This document shows, in pieces, positions 1 through 8,010 of a stretch of DNA of 22,858 bases. The position numbers were made by a program, and so were the translations under genes. The stretch is from Myxococcota bacterium. GTDB taxonomy: Bacteria; Myxococcota_A; UBA796; GCA-2862545. A model generated the notes under the pieces. The model saw nothing but the letters and a program-made list of their open reading frames with translations, did no database searches and was not told the origin of the DNA. Location: assembly GCA_039208735.1 (NCBI GenBank), contig JBCCQY010000151.1:1-22858 (forward strand). Reading direction: 5' to 3'. The stretch's first letter is position 1, and every line of letters begins with the position of its first letter.

Positions 1-437
1 CGGCTGAAGGGACGCTCAGCCACCTTCACACCACGGGCGTGAACGGTCGCGCAGCGCTCACCGAACACCGGCACGCCCACCGTGCCGAGACCCTTGAAGG
101 AGCCTTCGGTGCGGGGCGAGAGCAAGTGCGTAGCCTTGGGCATCTTCTCGAGAGCCATGTACAACGCGCGACGCTCTTCCCGGTTGCCCGCGGGGACAGG
201 GAGGAACGGAATGGCGGGAAGGGCCGACGGAAGGGCGGCACCTTGGTTCGTGAAGAGGTGGCCGAAGTCGATGCCAAAGATGTAGGCACCGCAGGTTTCG
301 GCCTTGGTCTTGCCCATGACCGTGTAGTCCGCTTCAGCAAACGGGATGGGAGCGGTCGGAATCTTCGCCGACTTGAACGAGCACGCGCCCGCGAAAGCAG
401 CAAAGACAATGGCGAGACCGACGTTCTTGAAGTTCAT
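1..437 (-). CDS. Putative lipoprotein, 3'-truncated at the window edge (not in the ORF track)
   Basis: Manual translation from ATG 437: MNFKNVGLAIVFAAFAGACSFKSAKIPTAPIPFAEADYTVMGKTKAETCGAYIFGIDFG... The frame stays open to position 3. GAGGAG SD lies upstream, and the signal peptide ends in a lipobox-like FAGAC. Confidence 0.8.
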   Translation of the reverse strand, partial: MNFKNVGLAIVFAAFAGACSFKSAKIPTAPIPFAEADYTVMGKTKAETCGAYIFGIDFGHLFTNQGAALPSALPAIPFLPVPAGNREERRALYMALEKMPKATHLLSPRTEGSFKGLGTVGVPVFGERCATVHARGVKVAERPFS

Positions 438-624
438 TTCAGAGTCTCCTCTGGAAGCGGAGCCAGTGGAGCGGCTCCGGCCATGGGAGACTAGCGCAGC
501 GCCATTCGCCGTCAACGTTCGTCACGGACAGGCATCGACCGTCGATCCGCAACAGTCTCACAGGGAATGGCGTTTTTCGCCGCACCTCACGTTCCAGGGG
601 CTTGCCGTTTCGGGCTCGCCGGCG

Positions 625-2046
625 TCACCGCGACGTCACCGCTTCAACGAGAGCGTCCGACATCCTCCCGGTCCGCTGGAAGTGCCGCATATGCAAAATC
701 GGCTCACTACCCAGGTCCGCAACGGTTCGACCCGCGATCGTCTCGGTGTACTTTTGCGGCTCGTAGCCTCGAACGACCGAGGGATCGTCCGCCTTTTCGA
801 GCACATGGAACAGCGCATCCAAATCGTTCATTTTCATGAAAGGACAGGTTGCGCACCCCCCGGCCACCGAACATCCCTCGCCCGCCGCCACACCAGGCAC
901 GACCCCGAACACATCGTCGGTTTGGGCTACGGCCTCGTTGGCGACGGGGAAGATGATCTCGACGTCGACGTCTTCTCGACCATGCGCCACCAGTCGCTTC
1001 TGCACGTTGCCCACGATGCTGGTGATCATGCCCGCCTCGGTGCCCAACACCACGGGCAAATGCTGCGCGGACGGCCGTTTGACGGCTTCATCCACCTGCT
1101 CGGTGATGAAGCCAAGAATGTTGGACGTCGAGCCCACAACCCCACGTCCGCTCGCCTGTGCCTGTGCCGCAAGGGCAAACATCTCACCCGGCACTTCGAG
1201 GTGAGCGGTTAGCAGTGCATCGCCGTGTTCCGCTTCCACTCGTCGCACGACATCCGTACCAAACATGTGGTGAACAATACACGTGCCTTTGTCGAAAACA
1301 TAAAATCGCTCGACCAGCGCGGCCAGGGTGTCTGGCGTGTGATCGGGGTGAAGCTGGCGCACGACCTCCAGGGGCATCTGCTGGAATTGCGTGAACATGG
1401 CATGCAGATTGCCACCCATGTAGGTATCAGGACCGTAAAACACCGAAATATCTTCGATTTGCGCGGCGGCCTGCAACACGGTTTGCACCACGTTGCTAGA
1501 GGTGCAAGTAATCGTCGGCACGCGATGATGGGCCTGCGCCTTCGTTCGAAGACTGGTGTTGATGTAGATGACATGCAACGCCCGTTCGGTGCCCTTGGCT
1601 TCATCCAGCCAGGCCTCGTACGCCGGGGCCTGCGCCGACTCGGCCAACGAGCACCCGATGGCATCTTCGGCGAGCCGCACCACGTTGACGTGCTCAAACC
1701 CCTGCGCATCCAACACCGCGCGCACGTTTTCACTCATGAAGTCGACCCCGAGGACCGCGATGAGTTCAACGCCCGCTTCGGCCATCTTGACGGCATCGTC
1801 GGCCATCTTCAATGAGTCCGCAATCGCGACGTGAGGACACGTCAAGGCAGACAACACGCCCTGGAGTTCGGCGTCCATGTAGAAGTGAGCCACGATGCCC
1901 GCGTTGCGCTTGGTCAGCAGTTCATCGAGAGCGGTGACCGTCGCCGCATCAGGGTGGAGGAAGGCAGCCTGGGCTTCCGCGAAGCTACCCTGTGGCACGA
2001 GCTTGCGAGCACCGATGCGTAGACTGGGGAACGGCGTGTTCATCAC
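625..2046 (-). CDS. nadA: Quinolinate synthase NadA, plant/plastid-type sequence without a SufE domain
   Basis: Motifs VAHFYMD, DSLKMA, GVDFMSENV, IGCSLA, YINTS, TCTSSN, GPDTYMG, CIVHH, AHLEVP, GSTS, GTEAGM, CATCPFMKMN give three [4Fe-4S] cysteines. GGAGG SD. Start is GTG 2046 or ATG 2043. Confidence 0.93.
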   Translation of the reverse strand: MMNTPFPSLRIGARKLVPQGSFAEAQAAFLHPDAATVTALDELLTKRNAGIVAHFYMDAELQGVLSALTCPHVAIADSLKMADDAVKMAEAGVELIAVLGVDFMSENVRAVLDAQGFEHVNVVRLAEDAIGCSLAESAQAPAYEAWLDEAKGTERALHVIYINTSLRTKAQAHHRVPTITCTSSNVVQTVLQAAAQIEDISVFYGPDTYMGGNLHAMFTQFQQMPLEVVRQLHPDHTPDTLAALVERFYVFDKGTCIVHHMFGTDVVRRVEAEHGDALLTAHLEVPGEMFALAAQAQASGRGVVGSTSNILGFITEQVDEAVKRPSAQHLPVVLGTEAGMITSIVGNVQKRLVAHGREDVDVEIIFPVANEAVAQTDDVFGVVPGVAAGEGCSVAGGCATCPFMKMNDLDALFHVLEKADDPSVVRGYEPQKYTETIAGRTVADLGSEPILHMRHFQRTGRMSDALVEAVTSR

Positions 2047-2076
2047 GACCTCCGTGACGCGCCGTAACCTCGTTCG

Positions 2077-2928
2077 TCATTCCTTCGACCAGCGCTCGCC
2101 CCACTTGCAGGCCTTCTCATCGCCGAGCTGACAGGCCTGTACGGCAAGTGCGGCCGCGGCCTTGCGGTCCTTCTGCTTGAGCGTTCGGGCATGCTCACGA
2201 CAAGCCATCGCGTCAAACCGCTGGCAGGCCGTGGTGAGGAAGGTGCGCGCCCGTTCTCGGTCCCGCTTGACCCCGCTCCCCCGCCAAAGGGCAACCCCCG
2301 CCTCTCGACAGGCGACCGTTTCTTCGAGCTGACATCCCGCGATGAACAACGCCACCCGGCGCTTCTTCTCGTTGGTTCGCAGGGCCAGCTCGGTACACCC
2401 CGCACCGTGTTCTCCCTCACACGCCTGGGTCAACATCGCCTTGGCACGGGCCGGGTTGCGGGGACCGAGCTCCCCTCGTTCGACCGACAGCGCCGCCATT
2501 GTGCAGCTTGGAGGGTCTCCGCTGTCGCAGCCTTCGGCGTACCAGGTGGCCGCGCGCTCGGGGTCGATCGTGCCCAGCGTGCCGAGTCGGTACAGGTCCG
2601 CGAGTTCCCGACAGGCATCGGCCTGGCCGACCCCACAAGCCTCTTCATAGAAGACCGCCGCTTCCTCGACGCTCGCGGTCACGCCTTCACCATTGCGAAA
2701 GGACTCGGCCAGCCACCGGCAGCTTTCGGCATCGGCGGCCAGACATGCCTCTCGGTACAGGGCGATCACCTCGTCCGACACCATGGCCTGGGCTTCGCGC
2801 TCCGCAAGATCCTCGGCGGCAATGCGGCAGGCGTCTCCGACCCCCGCGTCGCACGCTTCACGCAGCCCGATCCAAGCCCCGTCGGAGGTCCCCGCCATCG
2901 CTAGGCCCCCGATCCACCACCCGAGCAT
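2077..2928 (-). CDS. Secreted Sel1-like repeat (Hcp-type, Cys-paired) protein
   Basis: About 6-7 repeats of the form A..LY.EAC..G...AC..LA..Y..G.G. Hydrophobic N-terminus MLGWWIGGLAMA. AGGAGG SD precedes ATG 2928, so the ORF-track start at 3003 is probably too long. Confidence 0.85.
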   Translation of the reverse strand: MLGWWIGGLAMAGTSDGAWIGLREACDAGVGDACRIAAEDLAEREAQAMVSDEVIALYREACLAADAESCRWLAESFRNGEGVTASVEEAAVFYEEACGVGQADACRELADLYRLGTLGTIDPERAATWYAEGCDSGDPPSCTMAALSVERGELGPRNPARAKAMLTQACEGEHGAGCTELALRTNEKKRRVALFIAGCQLEETVACREAGVALWRGSGVKRDRERARTFLTTACQRFDAMACREHARTLKQKDRKAAAALAVQACQLGDEKACKWGERWSKE

Positions 2929-3117
2929 CGCTGCCTCCTGTGTGCGCCACCATACCCTGCCGTCAAGGTTCGGCGGGGAGACGCCGCCATTATCGTGTTT
3001 CATCCATCAAGGGGCTTGAGTGGACGGAACATCCCAGCATTTGCTTGAGCCCATTTCCAACCGGCGTGTGACCTTCATTGAAACCCCCACCGCCGCTAGC
3101 GGACCGAGGATGGGGCC

Positions 3118-3687
3118 ATGAACGGCCTCACCCTGCTTGAGAACCTTAAGGCGGCTACCGCAGGCGGACCTGCGGGAAGCGATCCGCTTACGGGGCTCGA
3201 CTCTCGGGCCTCCTTCCTTGCTTCCCTGCGCAGCATGACCGGACCTCGCGCCCTCGCAACGGTCAGCCTCGATCCAGTACGACGCGGGCAACCGCGCCGG
3301 ACAGGCTCCGTCGTTCGCAAGATGACCGCGCGAACGGGCGCGCTCATGGCCTGTGAACTGGCGGCCGCGGACGCGCTTGGGTGCTGGGACACGGACCTTC
3401 TCGTGGCCACCTTCGCGGCCGACAGGCTCGCCGAGGCCGAAGAAAGCCTCGAAGGAATGCGGGCTCGGTTCGCAGAGATGTCGTTCGCCGCGACCCGGGG
3501 GCCTCCACACTTCGGAACGCTGACCGCCGCCATCGCGGAGTGGTCGGACCCCACCGACACCGCATTCGCGGCAGCCCTGCTCCGCGCCCGGGCGGGGCTC
3601 GCAGCCGCCCAGCTGCGTGGCGGCGACTGTATCATCACCGTCGACACGCTCTTTGGGCCGTTCCTACCCTCGCTCTTCGTCGCGTAG
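3118..3687 (+). CDS. Stand-alone degenerate GGDEF-like domain protein
   Basis: N-terminal DPLTGLDSRASF matches DxLTGLxNRxxF. GCWDTDLLVATF sits at the RYGGDEF position, TLTAAIA at TVSIGIA, and ALLRARAGLAAAQLRGGD at LLxRADxALYxAKxxGRN. GAGG lies upstream. Confidence 0.65.
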   Translation: MNGLTLLENLKAATAGGPAGSDPLTGLDSRASFLASLRSMTGPRALATVSLDPVRRGQPRRTGSVVRKMTARTGALMACELAAADALGCWDTDLLVATFAADRLAEAEESLEGMRARFAEMSFAATRGPPHFGTLTAAIAEWSDPTDTAFAAALLRARAGLAAAQLRGGDCIITVDTLFGPFLPSLFVA

Positions 3688-3708
3688 GGCCGCACTACGG
3701 CCCCGTGC

Positions 3709-5193
3709 CTACCTGCCGGTCCAACGCTTCCGCAGGTAAGGCTCGAGCTTGTCGCCCGCCGTGACCTTCATGACCAACACGATGAGCGGCATGACCATCG
3801 CCAGGAACCAGGCCGCCACGAGCCGCGAGTTCAACAACGCGGAGCGTTCTTCGGCATCTTCGCTCTGACCTTCGCCATTGATGATGGCTTCGAGGGCGAG
3901 CGCGCGCTCGATGGCACCCGGCTCTTCTTCACCTTCTCGGATGCGTTCTGCCTTTTCACGCAGCTCTTCCTCGCGCTTGTCGAGGTTGACCACCTCGGGA
4001 GCCTTCTGCGCTTCCTCTTCACAAAGGCTTGCGTTTTCGAGGCACGAACGCTCGGTATCGCGTGTGCGGTCGAGGTCCCGGTTCGCCTTGGGCTCCAGGC
4101 GCACCGCGCGCTGATAGCGGGGACCCATTCCGGCCTGACCCGTCCCCCCTGGCCCAATCAACACGACGACCTGTGTGGCATCCAGATCTTTCGCGGCCGT
4201 GAGGAGATAGTCCCGCGTCGACTTTGAGGACTTCGAGTTGACTCCGAGCAACTCTTCTTCTTTGACGTAGTCAATGGCCTGCACGAGAAGCTCAGCCTTC
4301 TCGCGGTCGACCCGAGGCTGCTCACACTTGAGATCGGGCGGCAAGCTCTTGCGACGCATGCACGTCTCGAACTCGCTGGCCCAGGCCGCCTCGCGAACGG
4401 GCTCTTTGTCCTTCATCTCGGCTGTGATCTCGGCCAACGCCTGCGCTTTGTACTCCGCCATGATCTCTTTGTGGAACATGGTTTCGTGCAGGGGACCCGC
4501 CACGAGATAACCGACGGTAAACATGACGAATGCACGGGTGAAAATCAGGAACCCGTCCGAGAAACCAAAGGTGTTGAACAACCACACCCCGGCCCCCGCG
4601 AGCAGCGCCGCCAATGACAGGCCTTGCACCACGCCGGACGCCCCACCGATCGAGTCGGCAAACACCGCGACCGATACGAACCCACTCAACGACACCAACG
4701 CCAGCAAAATGGCGATGACGGCGGACCGAACGTCAAAGCTGGGGCTGCGGATGGGCTTGCGAATGAGCGACATGGCGAATGTCGCGAATGCGGTCGAGAA
4801 CGTGAGACCCAGTCCCAACGCAAGCATCCACGGCAGGTACCAAGGCCGGAGGGTCACCAAGTAGGAATGGAACAAATAGGTAAAGCCAACGACGTCGACC
4901 ACCCAGTTCATGGTGATGGCAACAAAGACGTCGCGCGCATACCCTACGGACGGATGGTAGGCGGGCGCTTGGTCGCGAGGCGTAGAGAAGGGTGCATCGT
5001 GCCCCCGCAACATCACCCCGAAGAAAGGAAGAATCGGGCTCCAACGGGATTTTCCGCCGGAACTCTTGTTCGTTGTCGATGAGGTGGTGGGACTGAGCGG
5101 CGGAGGTTCAGGAAGCGAGGGAAGCTTGCTCTTCCCTTCATCCTTGTCCGACGTCAAATCCATCGAGCCACGCCCGAGACGCAATCGAGCCAC
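3709..5193 (-). CDS. Multi-pass membrane protein with extracytoplasmic coiled coil, DUF4407-like
   Basis: About 5 N-terminal hydrophobic segments, then an E/K/R-rich helical region containing GGTGQAGMGPRY (GxGxxGxGPxY, as I recall for DUF4407), then a C-terminal TM ending PLIVLVMK. GGAG SD precedes GTG 5193. Confidence 0.7.
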   Translation of the reverse strand: MARLRLGRGSMDLTSDKDEGKSKLPSLPEPPPLSPTTSSTTNKSSGGKSRWSPILPFFGVMLRGHDAPFSTPRDQAPAYHPSVGYARDVFVAITMNWVVDVVGFTYLFHSYLVTLRPWYLPWMLALGLGLTFSTAFATFAMSLIRKPIRSPSFDVRSAVIAILLALVSLSGFVSVAVFADSIGGASGVVQGLSLAALLAGAGVWLFNTFGFSDGFLIFTRAFVMFTVGYLVAGPLHETMFHKEIMAEYKAQALAEITAEMKDKEPVREAAWASEFETCMRRKSLPPDLKCEQPRVDREKAELLVQAIDYVKEEELLGVNSKSSKSTRDYLLTAAKDLDATQVVVLIGPGGTGQAGMGPRYQRAVRLEPKANRDLDRTRDTERSCLENASLCEEEAQKAPEVVNLDKREEELREKAERIREGEEEPGAIERALALEAIINGEGQSEDAEERSALLNSRLVAAWFLAMVMPLIVLVMKVTAGDKLEPYLRKRWTGR

Positions 5194-5239
5194 GATGCTC
5201 TCCCTGGCGTCGGTGACGCCGTGCTGCGATTTCGTACCG

Positions 5240-5497
5240 TTATCTCGACCCGGTCGGACGAGTCACGCCCGGGTTCCGGACGCGGCGCTCGGCCAGCACC
5301 GCGACAAGGGTCGCCACGGTGCCTGCTTTATCGAGGCCTCGGAGAATTTCGAGATCGTCTCCCCAATGGAGAAGGCCGATCTCACCCAATCCCGGTCGGG
5401 TGACGGGACAAACGAGCGTACCCCGATGGACCTGACGGAGAAGTTCCATCAAGACCTTGTCGGGCACCACCGTCAGCCCACGACTCCCAAACAACAT
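5240..5497 (-). CDS. Small hypothetical protein (85 aa), translationally coupled to the cyclophilin gene
   Basis: Its ATG overlaps the upstream TAA (TAATG at 5499-5495). It fills the gap in a co-oriented gene run and has plausible globular composition. Confidence 0.7.
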   Translation of the reverse strand: MLFGSRGLTVVPDKVLMELLRQVHRGTLVCPVTRPGLGEIGLLHWGDDLEILRGLDKAGTVATLVAVLAERRVRNPGVTRPTGSR

Positions 5498-6219
5498 TAC
5501 TCGATGACCGTGACCGACTTGATGTAGTCGATATCCGGGTACTTGTCGCGTAGGTATTCGTTGCCCTGCGCCTGGATCTGCGCCTGGTTGGGACCCGAAC
5601 CCGAGGGAAATCCTTCGCCGGTCATGTGCAGACTGTCGATGATGTCCATGCCTTCGACCACTTCACCAAACGGCGCAAATCCCATCTTGTCGAGCCGCCC
5701 GTTGTTTCGGAAGTTGATGAACAACTGGGTGGTGCGGCTGTTCGGCAGGTTGGTTTTGGCGAAGGTGATACGCCCGCGCGAGTTGGTCTCCACCACCTGA
5801 CTTTCATCGGCAATGCGTGCCTCGCGCCACGCCCGATTGACCTTGGGATCACCGTGAATCCCGAACTGGGCCATGAAGTTGGCGACGGTGCGGAAGAACG
5901 CCACATCACTGTAGTAGCCAGCCTTCACCAGGTTGTAGAAGCGGTCAGCGCCCACCGGCGCCCAGTCGCGGTGAACTTCCACCACGAAATCACCTTTCGT
6001 GGTCTCGAACTTGGCCTTGAAAGTGTCTGGCGCCGTCTCAGCCGCCAAGCTCGGGTCGAAGAGTACCCCTTCCCCCTCCGGTTCCGCCTTCGGAGCGGGC
6101 GTAGGTTCGGCTTTCACGTCTGCCGCGGGCTCGGCCTTCTCAACCGGCGCGGGCTCGGGGGTTTCGGGTTGGGAGCCGTTGCAGCCGAGGAGCAGCCCGG
6201 CAAGCGCGAACAAGGTCAT
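5497..6219 (-). CDS. Cyclophilin-type peptidyl-prolyl cis-trans isomerase, lipoprotein
   Basis: Motifs FETTKGDFVVEV, WAPVGADRFYNLV, FFRTVANFMAQFG, RGRITFA, RTTQLFIN, FAPFGEVVEGMD. Lipobox LLLGC with a Pro/Glu/Ala linker. GGAGG SD precedes ATG 6219. Confidence 0.93.
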   Translation of the reverse strand: MTLFALAGLLLGCNGSQPETPEPAPVEKAEPAADVKAEPTPAPKAEPEGEGVLFDPSLAAETAPDTFKAKFETTKGDFVVEVHRDWAPVGADRFYNLVKAGYYSDVAFFRTVANFMAQFGIHGDPKVNRAWREARIADESQVVETNSRGRITFAKTNLPNSRTTQLFINFRNNGRLDKMGFAPFGEVVEGMDIIDSLHMTGEGFPSGSGPNQAQIQAQGNEYLRDKYPDIDYIKSVTVIE

Positions 6220-6267
6220 CCGTCCTCCATCGGAGCGACAGGTAACCGCCCACACGCACGCGCGTCT

Positions 6268-7275
6268 TCAATCGCGCCACACCGTCGAAACGGGGCTCCC
6301 CCGGAACGTGTCCTCGATGGGCCGCCCGGCGAGTTCGATCTCGACGAAGCGCCGCTGAGTGGCCAAGAGCAACGCAATCATGTTGCGAAGCAAGCCCTGC
6401 CGAAAGGTGGTGCCGATGGCATCGTCGATCGCGACCAACTGGTCGAAGTAGGGCCGTTCGAGTCGCAAGGCGACGACATCGTCTCGCGCCACCGTGGTGG
6501 ACGACCGCGGCGTCATCTGGAGCATGCCAGACTCCCCACACGCCTGACCCGGCGAAAGCGTAGCAATCATCTCGGCCGTGCGCCCAGAGGTTTGAAGGAT
6601 GACGTCGGCGCGGCCATCGGCGAGGATGTACATCGCAGTGGCCACCTCGCCCTGACGGCACAGGACTTGACCCGCCCGAAAGCGCTCGACCGTGAACTCG
6701 TTGGCGAGGGCGGCCACAACGGCGGGGTCTGCCCAATCGAAAAGCGGCGATGCTCGCAAGACCCCGATCGCATCGACGGTCGGCGGCCGACGAGAGAACA
6801 GGCCTCCCAAGAATCCGCGGCGAGGCCGCACGTCGGGCAAGACATAGGCGATTCCGAGGCTGCGGTCGGTAATGCCGTCGTCCAACCACCGCATGCGCTC
6901 CCCGATGCGGCGAATGGCATGCCGCTCGAGGTTGAATGCAGCGGGATTCCCGCGATTGCACAGCTCGATGTAGTGGTCGTGTTCGAGTACGAGCAGCTGA
7001 ATCGGCCCCGACGCGACGGCCGTGGCCACTCGGGGCATCTGCCCGAACAGCTCGAGCTCCCCGAGCATGTGGTGGGCCCCCGCGCTGCCGATGTGGACCC
7101 CACTGACACTGAGCTGGGCTGCGCCCTGCTCAACGAAGGCGAGCGTGTAGTCGTCGTCGCCCTCGCCCATCACGACTTCGCCACCTTCCAGCGTGATGCG
7201 CTGCAGGTAGCCGGAGGCCTCCTGCGTCGCCACCGGGTCGAGGCCCGCAAACACGGGCGGGAGGGCACCGAGCAC
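6268..7275 (-). CDS. Tandem cyclic-nucleotide-binding (2x cNMP) domain protein with no output domain
   Basis: Two phosphate-binding cassettes, GELELFGQMPRVATAVA and GESGMLQMTPRSSTTVA, plus GQVLCRQGE..MYILADG. AGGAGG SD precedes GTG 7275. Confidence 0.88.
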   Translation of the reverse strand: MLGALPPVFAGLDPVATQEASGYLQRITLEGGEVVMGEGDDDYTLAFVEQGAAQLSVSGVHIGSAGAHHMLGELELFGQMPRVATAVASGPIQLLVLEHDHYIELCNRGNPAAFNLERHAIRRIGERMRWLDDGITDRSLGIAYVLPDVRPRRGFLGGLFSRRPPTVDAIGVLRASPLFDWADPAVVAALANEFTVERFRAGQVLCRQGEVATAMYILADGRADVILQTSGRTAEMIATLSPGQACGESGMLQMTPRSSTTVARDDVVALRLERPYFDQLVAIDDAIGTTFRQGLLRNMIALLLATQRRFVEIELAGRPIEDTFRGSPVSTVWRD

Positions 7276-7413
7276 CGTCGCCTCCTTGCTTCCACAAGCG
7301 GCCGTAGCCCATCCGAGTACCCGCCACCACCGGTCCCCACGCCCGGCCCAAGAGGTTCCAGGAGGCAGAGAACGGTCGCCGCGGCCTGCAACGAGACCCG
7401 TCGACTCCGGTGA

Positions 7414-7773
7414 CTACTGAATCAGCGTGTCGATCTTGGAGAGCAGCCGGGGGAAGTCGATGGGTTTGGTTTCATAGTCGTCACATCCTGCGGCCAGCGC
7501 CCGCTCTCGGTCGCCGACCATCGCATGCGCCGTCAGCGCGATGATGGGGATGTGCTTCATGCCCTCGTCCGCCTTCAGCGTGGTTGCGACGGTCCAACCG
7601 TCCATGACCGGCAAGGACATGTCGAGCAGGATGAGATCGGGGTTGGCCTTCGCCATATCGACGGCTTCCCCTCCGTCGACCGCCACCTCGACCTCGTAGT
7701 GCCGACGCCGGAGCCGCCGCGAGAGCATATCTCGGTTCATCTCGTTGTCTTCGACCAGGAGGATCTTCGGCAT
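7414..7773 (-). CDS. Single-domain response regulator (CheY/DivK-like receiver)
   Basis: Motifs ILLVEDN, PDLILLDMSLPVMDG (phospho-Asp), PIIALTAHA, GCDDYETKP. GAGGAG SD precedes ATG 7773. Confidence 0.95.
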   Translation of the reverse strand: MPKILLVEDNEMNRDMLSRRLRRRHYEVEVAVDGGEAVDMAKANPDLILLDMSLPVMDGWTVATTLKADEGMKHIPIIALTAHAMVGDRERALAAGCDDYETKPIDFPRLLSKIDTLIQ

Positions 7774-7785
7774 GTTGCTCCTCAA

Positions 7786-7837
7786 CCAAGGTTTGGGTCA
7801 CCGAGGGGAGCCCTCTCGCGTGACCCGAAGCCCTTGG
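7786..7837 (-). other. Long imperfect stem-loop in the 5' leader of the response regulator gene
   Basis: Nested pairings CCAAGG/CCTTGG, GGGTCAC/GTGACCC, CGAG/CTCG and GGG/CCC. The stem ends 2 nt before the SD. Confidence 0.55.
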
Positions 7838-7918
7838 CCACGTCGCACTCACGACCCACGGCCAGCCCATCGGCAAGTCCGGCTCGGGACTCAAGGGGCA
7901 ACCGTCTTAGGGCGCGCA

Positions 7919-7927
7919 ATCATATCA
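7919..7927 (-). promoter_or_regulatory. Candidate extended -10 promoter (TG-A-TATGAT) for the response regulator run
   Basis: The minus strand reads TGATATGAT in the divergent intergenic region. This is a motif match only. Confidence 0.35.
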
Positions 7928-8010
7928 AGCCCCACGGCAGGTGGCGTCCATGAGGACGGTCACCGACGTCCGTTAAGGGGTGGCGGGCGGTTCGACGCCA
8001 GGGGGAACCC

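Noticed and set aside
487..572. Interleaved complementary segments GAGACT/AGTCTC and CGCCATTC/GAATGGCG (pseudoknot-like), and an ATCGAC-C-GTCGAT palindrome
   Set aside because: Short stems plausible by chance. They lie downstream, not upstream, of nadA, and match no RNA family I recognise.
346..1815. Plus-strand ORFs 346-1212 and 1225-1815
   Set aside because: Antisense shadows of nadA.
2077..2928. Periodic sequence that might be a CRISPR or DNA repeat array
   Set aside because: The periodicity is at the protein level (Sel1 repeats), with no identical nucleotide repeats.
5626..7413. 595-aa plus-strand ORF
   Set aside because: Antisense to the cyclophilin and cNMP genes, which have clear motifs and SD sites.
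7786..7915. c-di-GMP riboswitch or SRP RNA identity for the leader hairpin
   Set aside because: It lacks the GCAAA/GNRA-receptor core of GEMM riboswitches and the CAGG..GGAA..AGCA core of SRP RNA.
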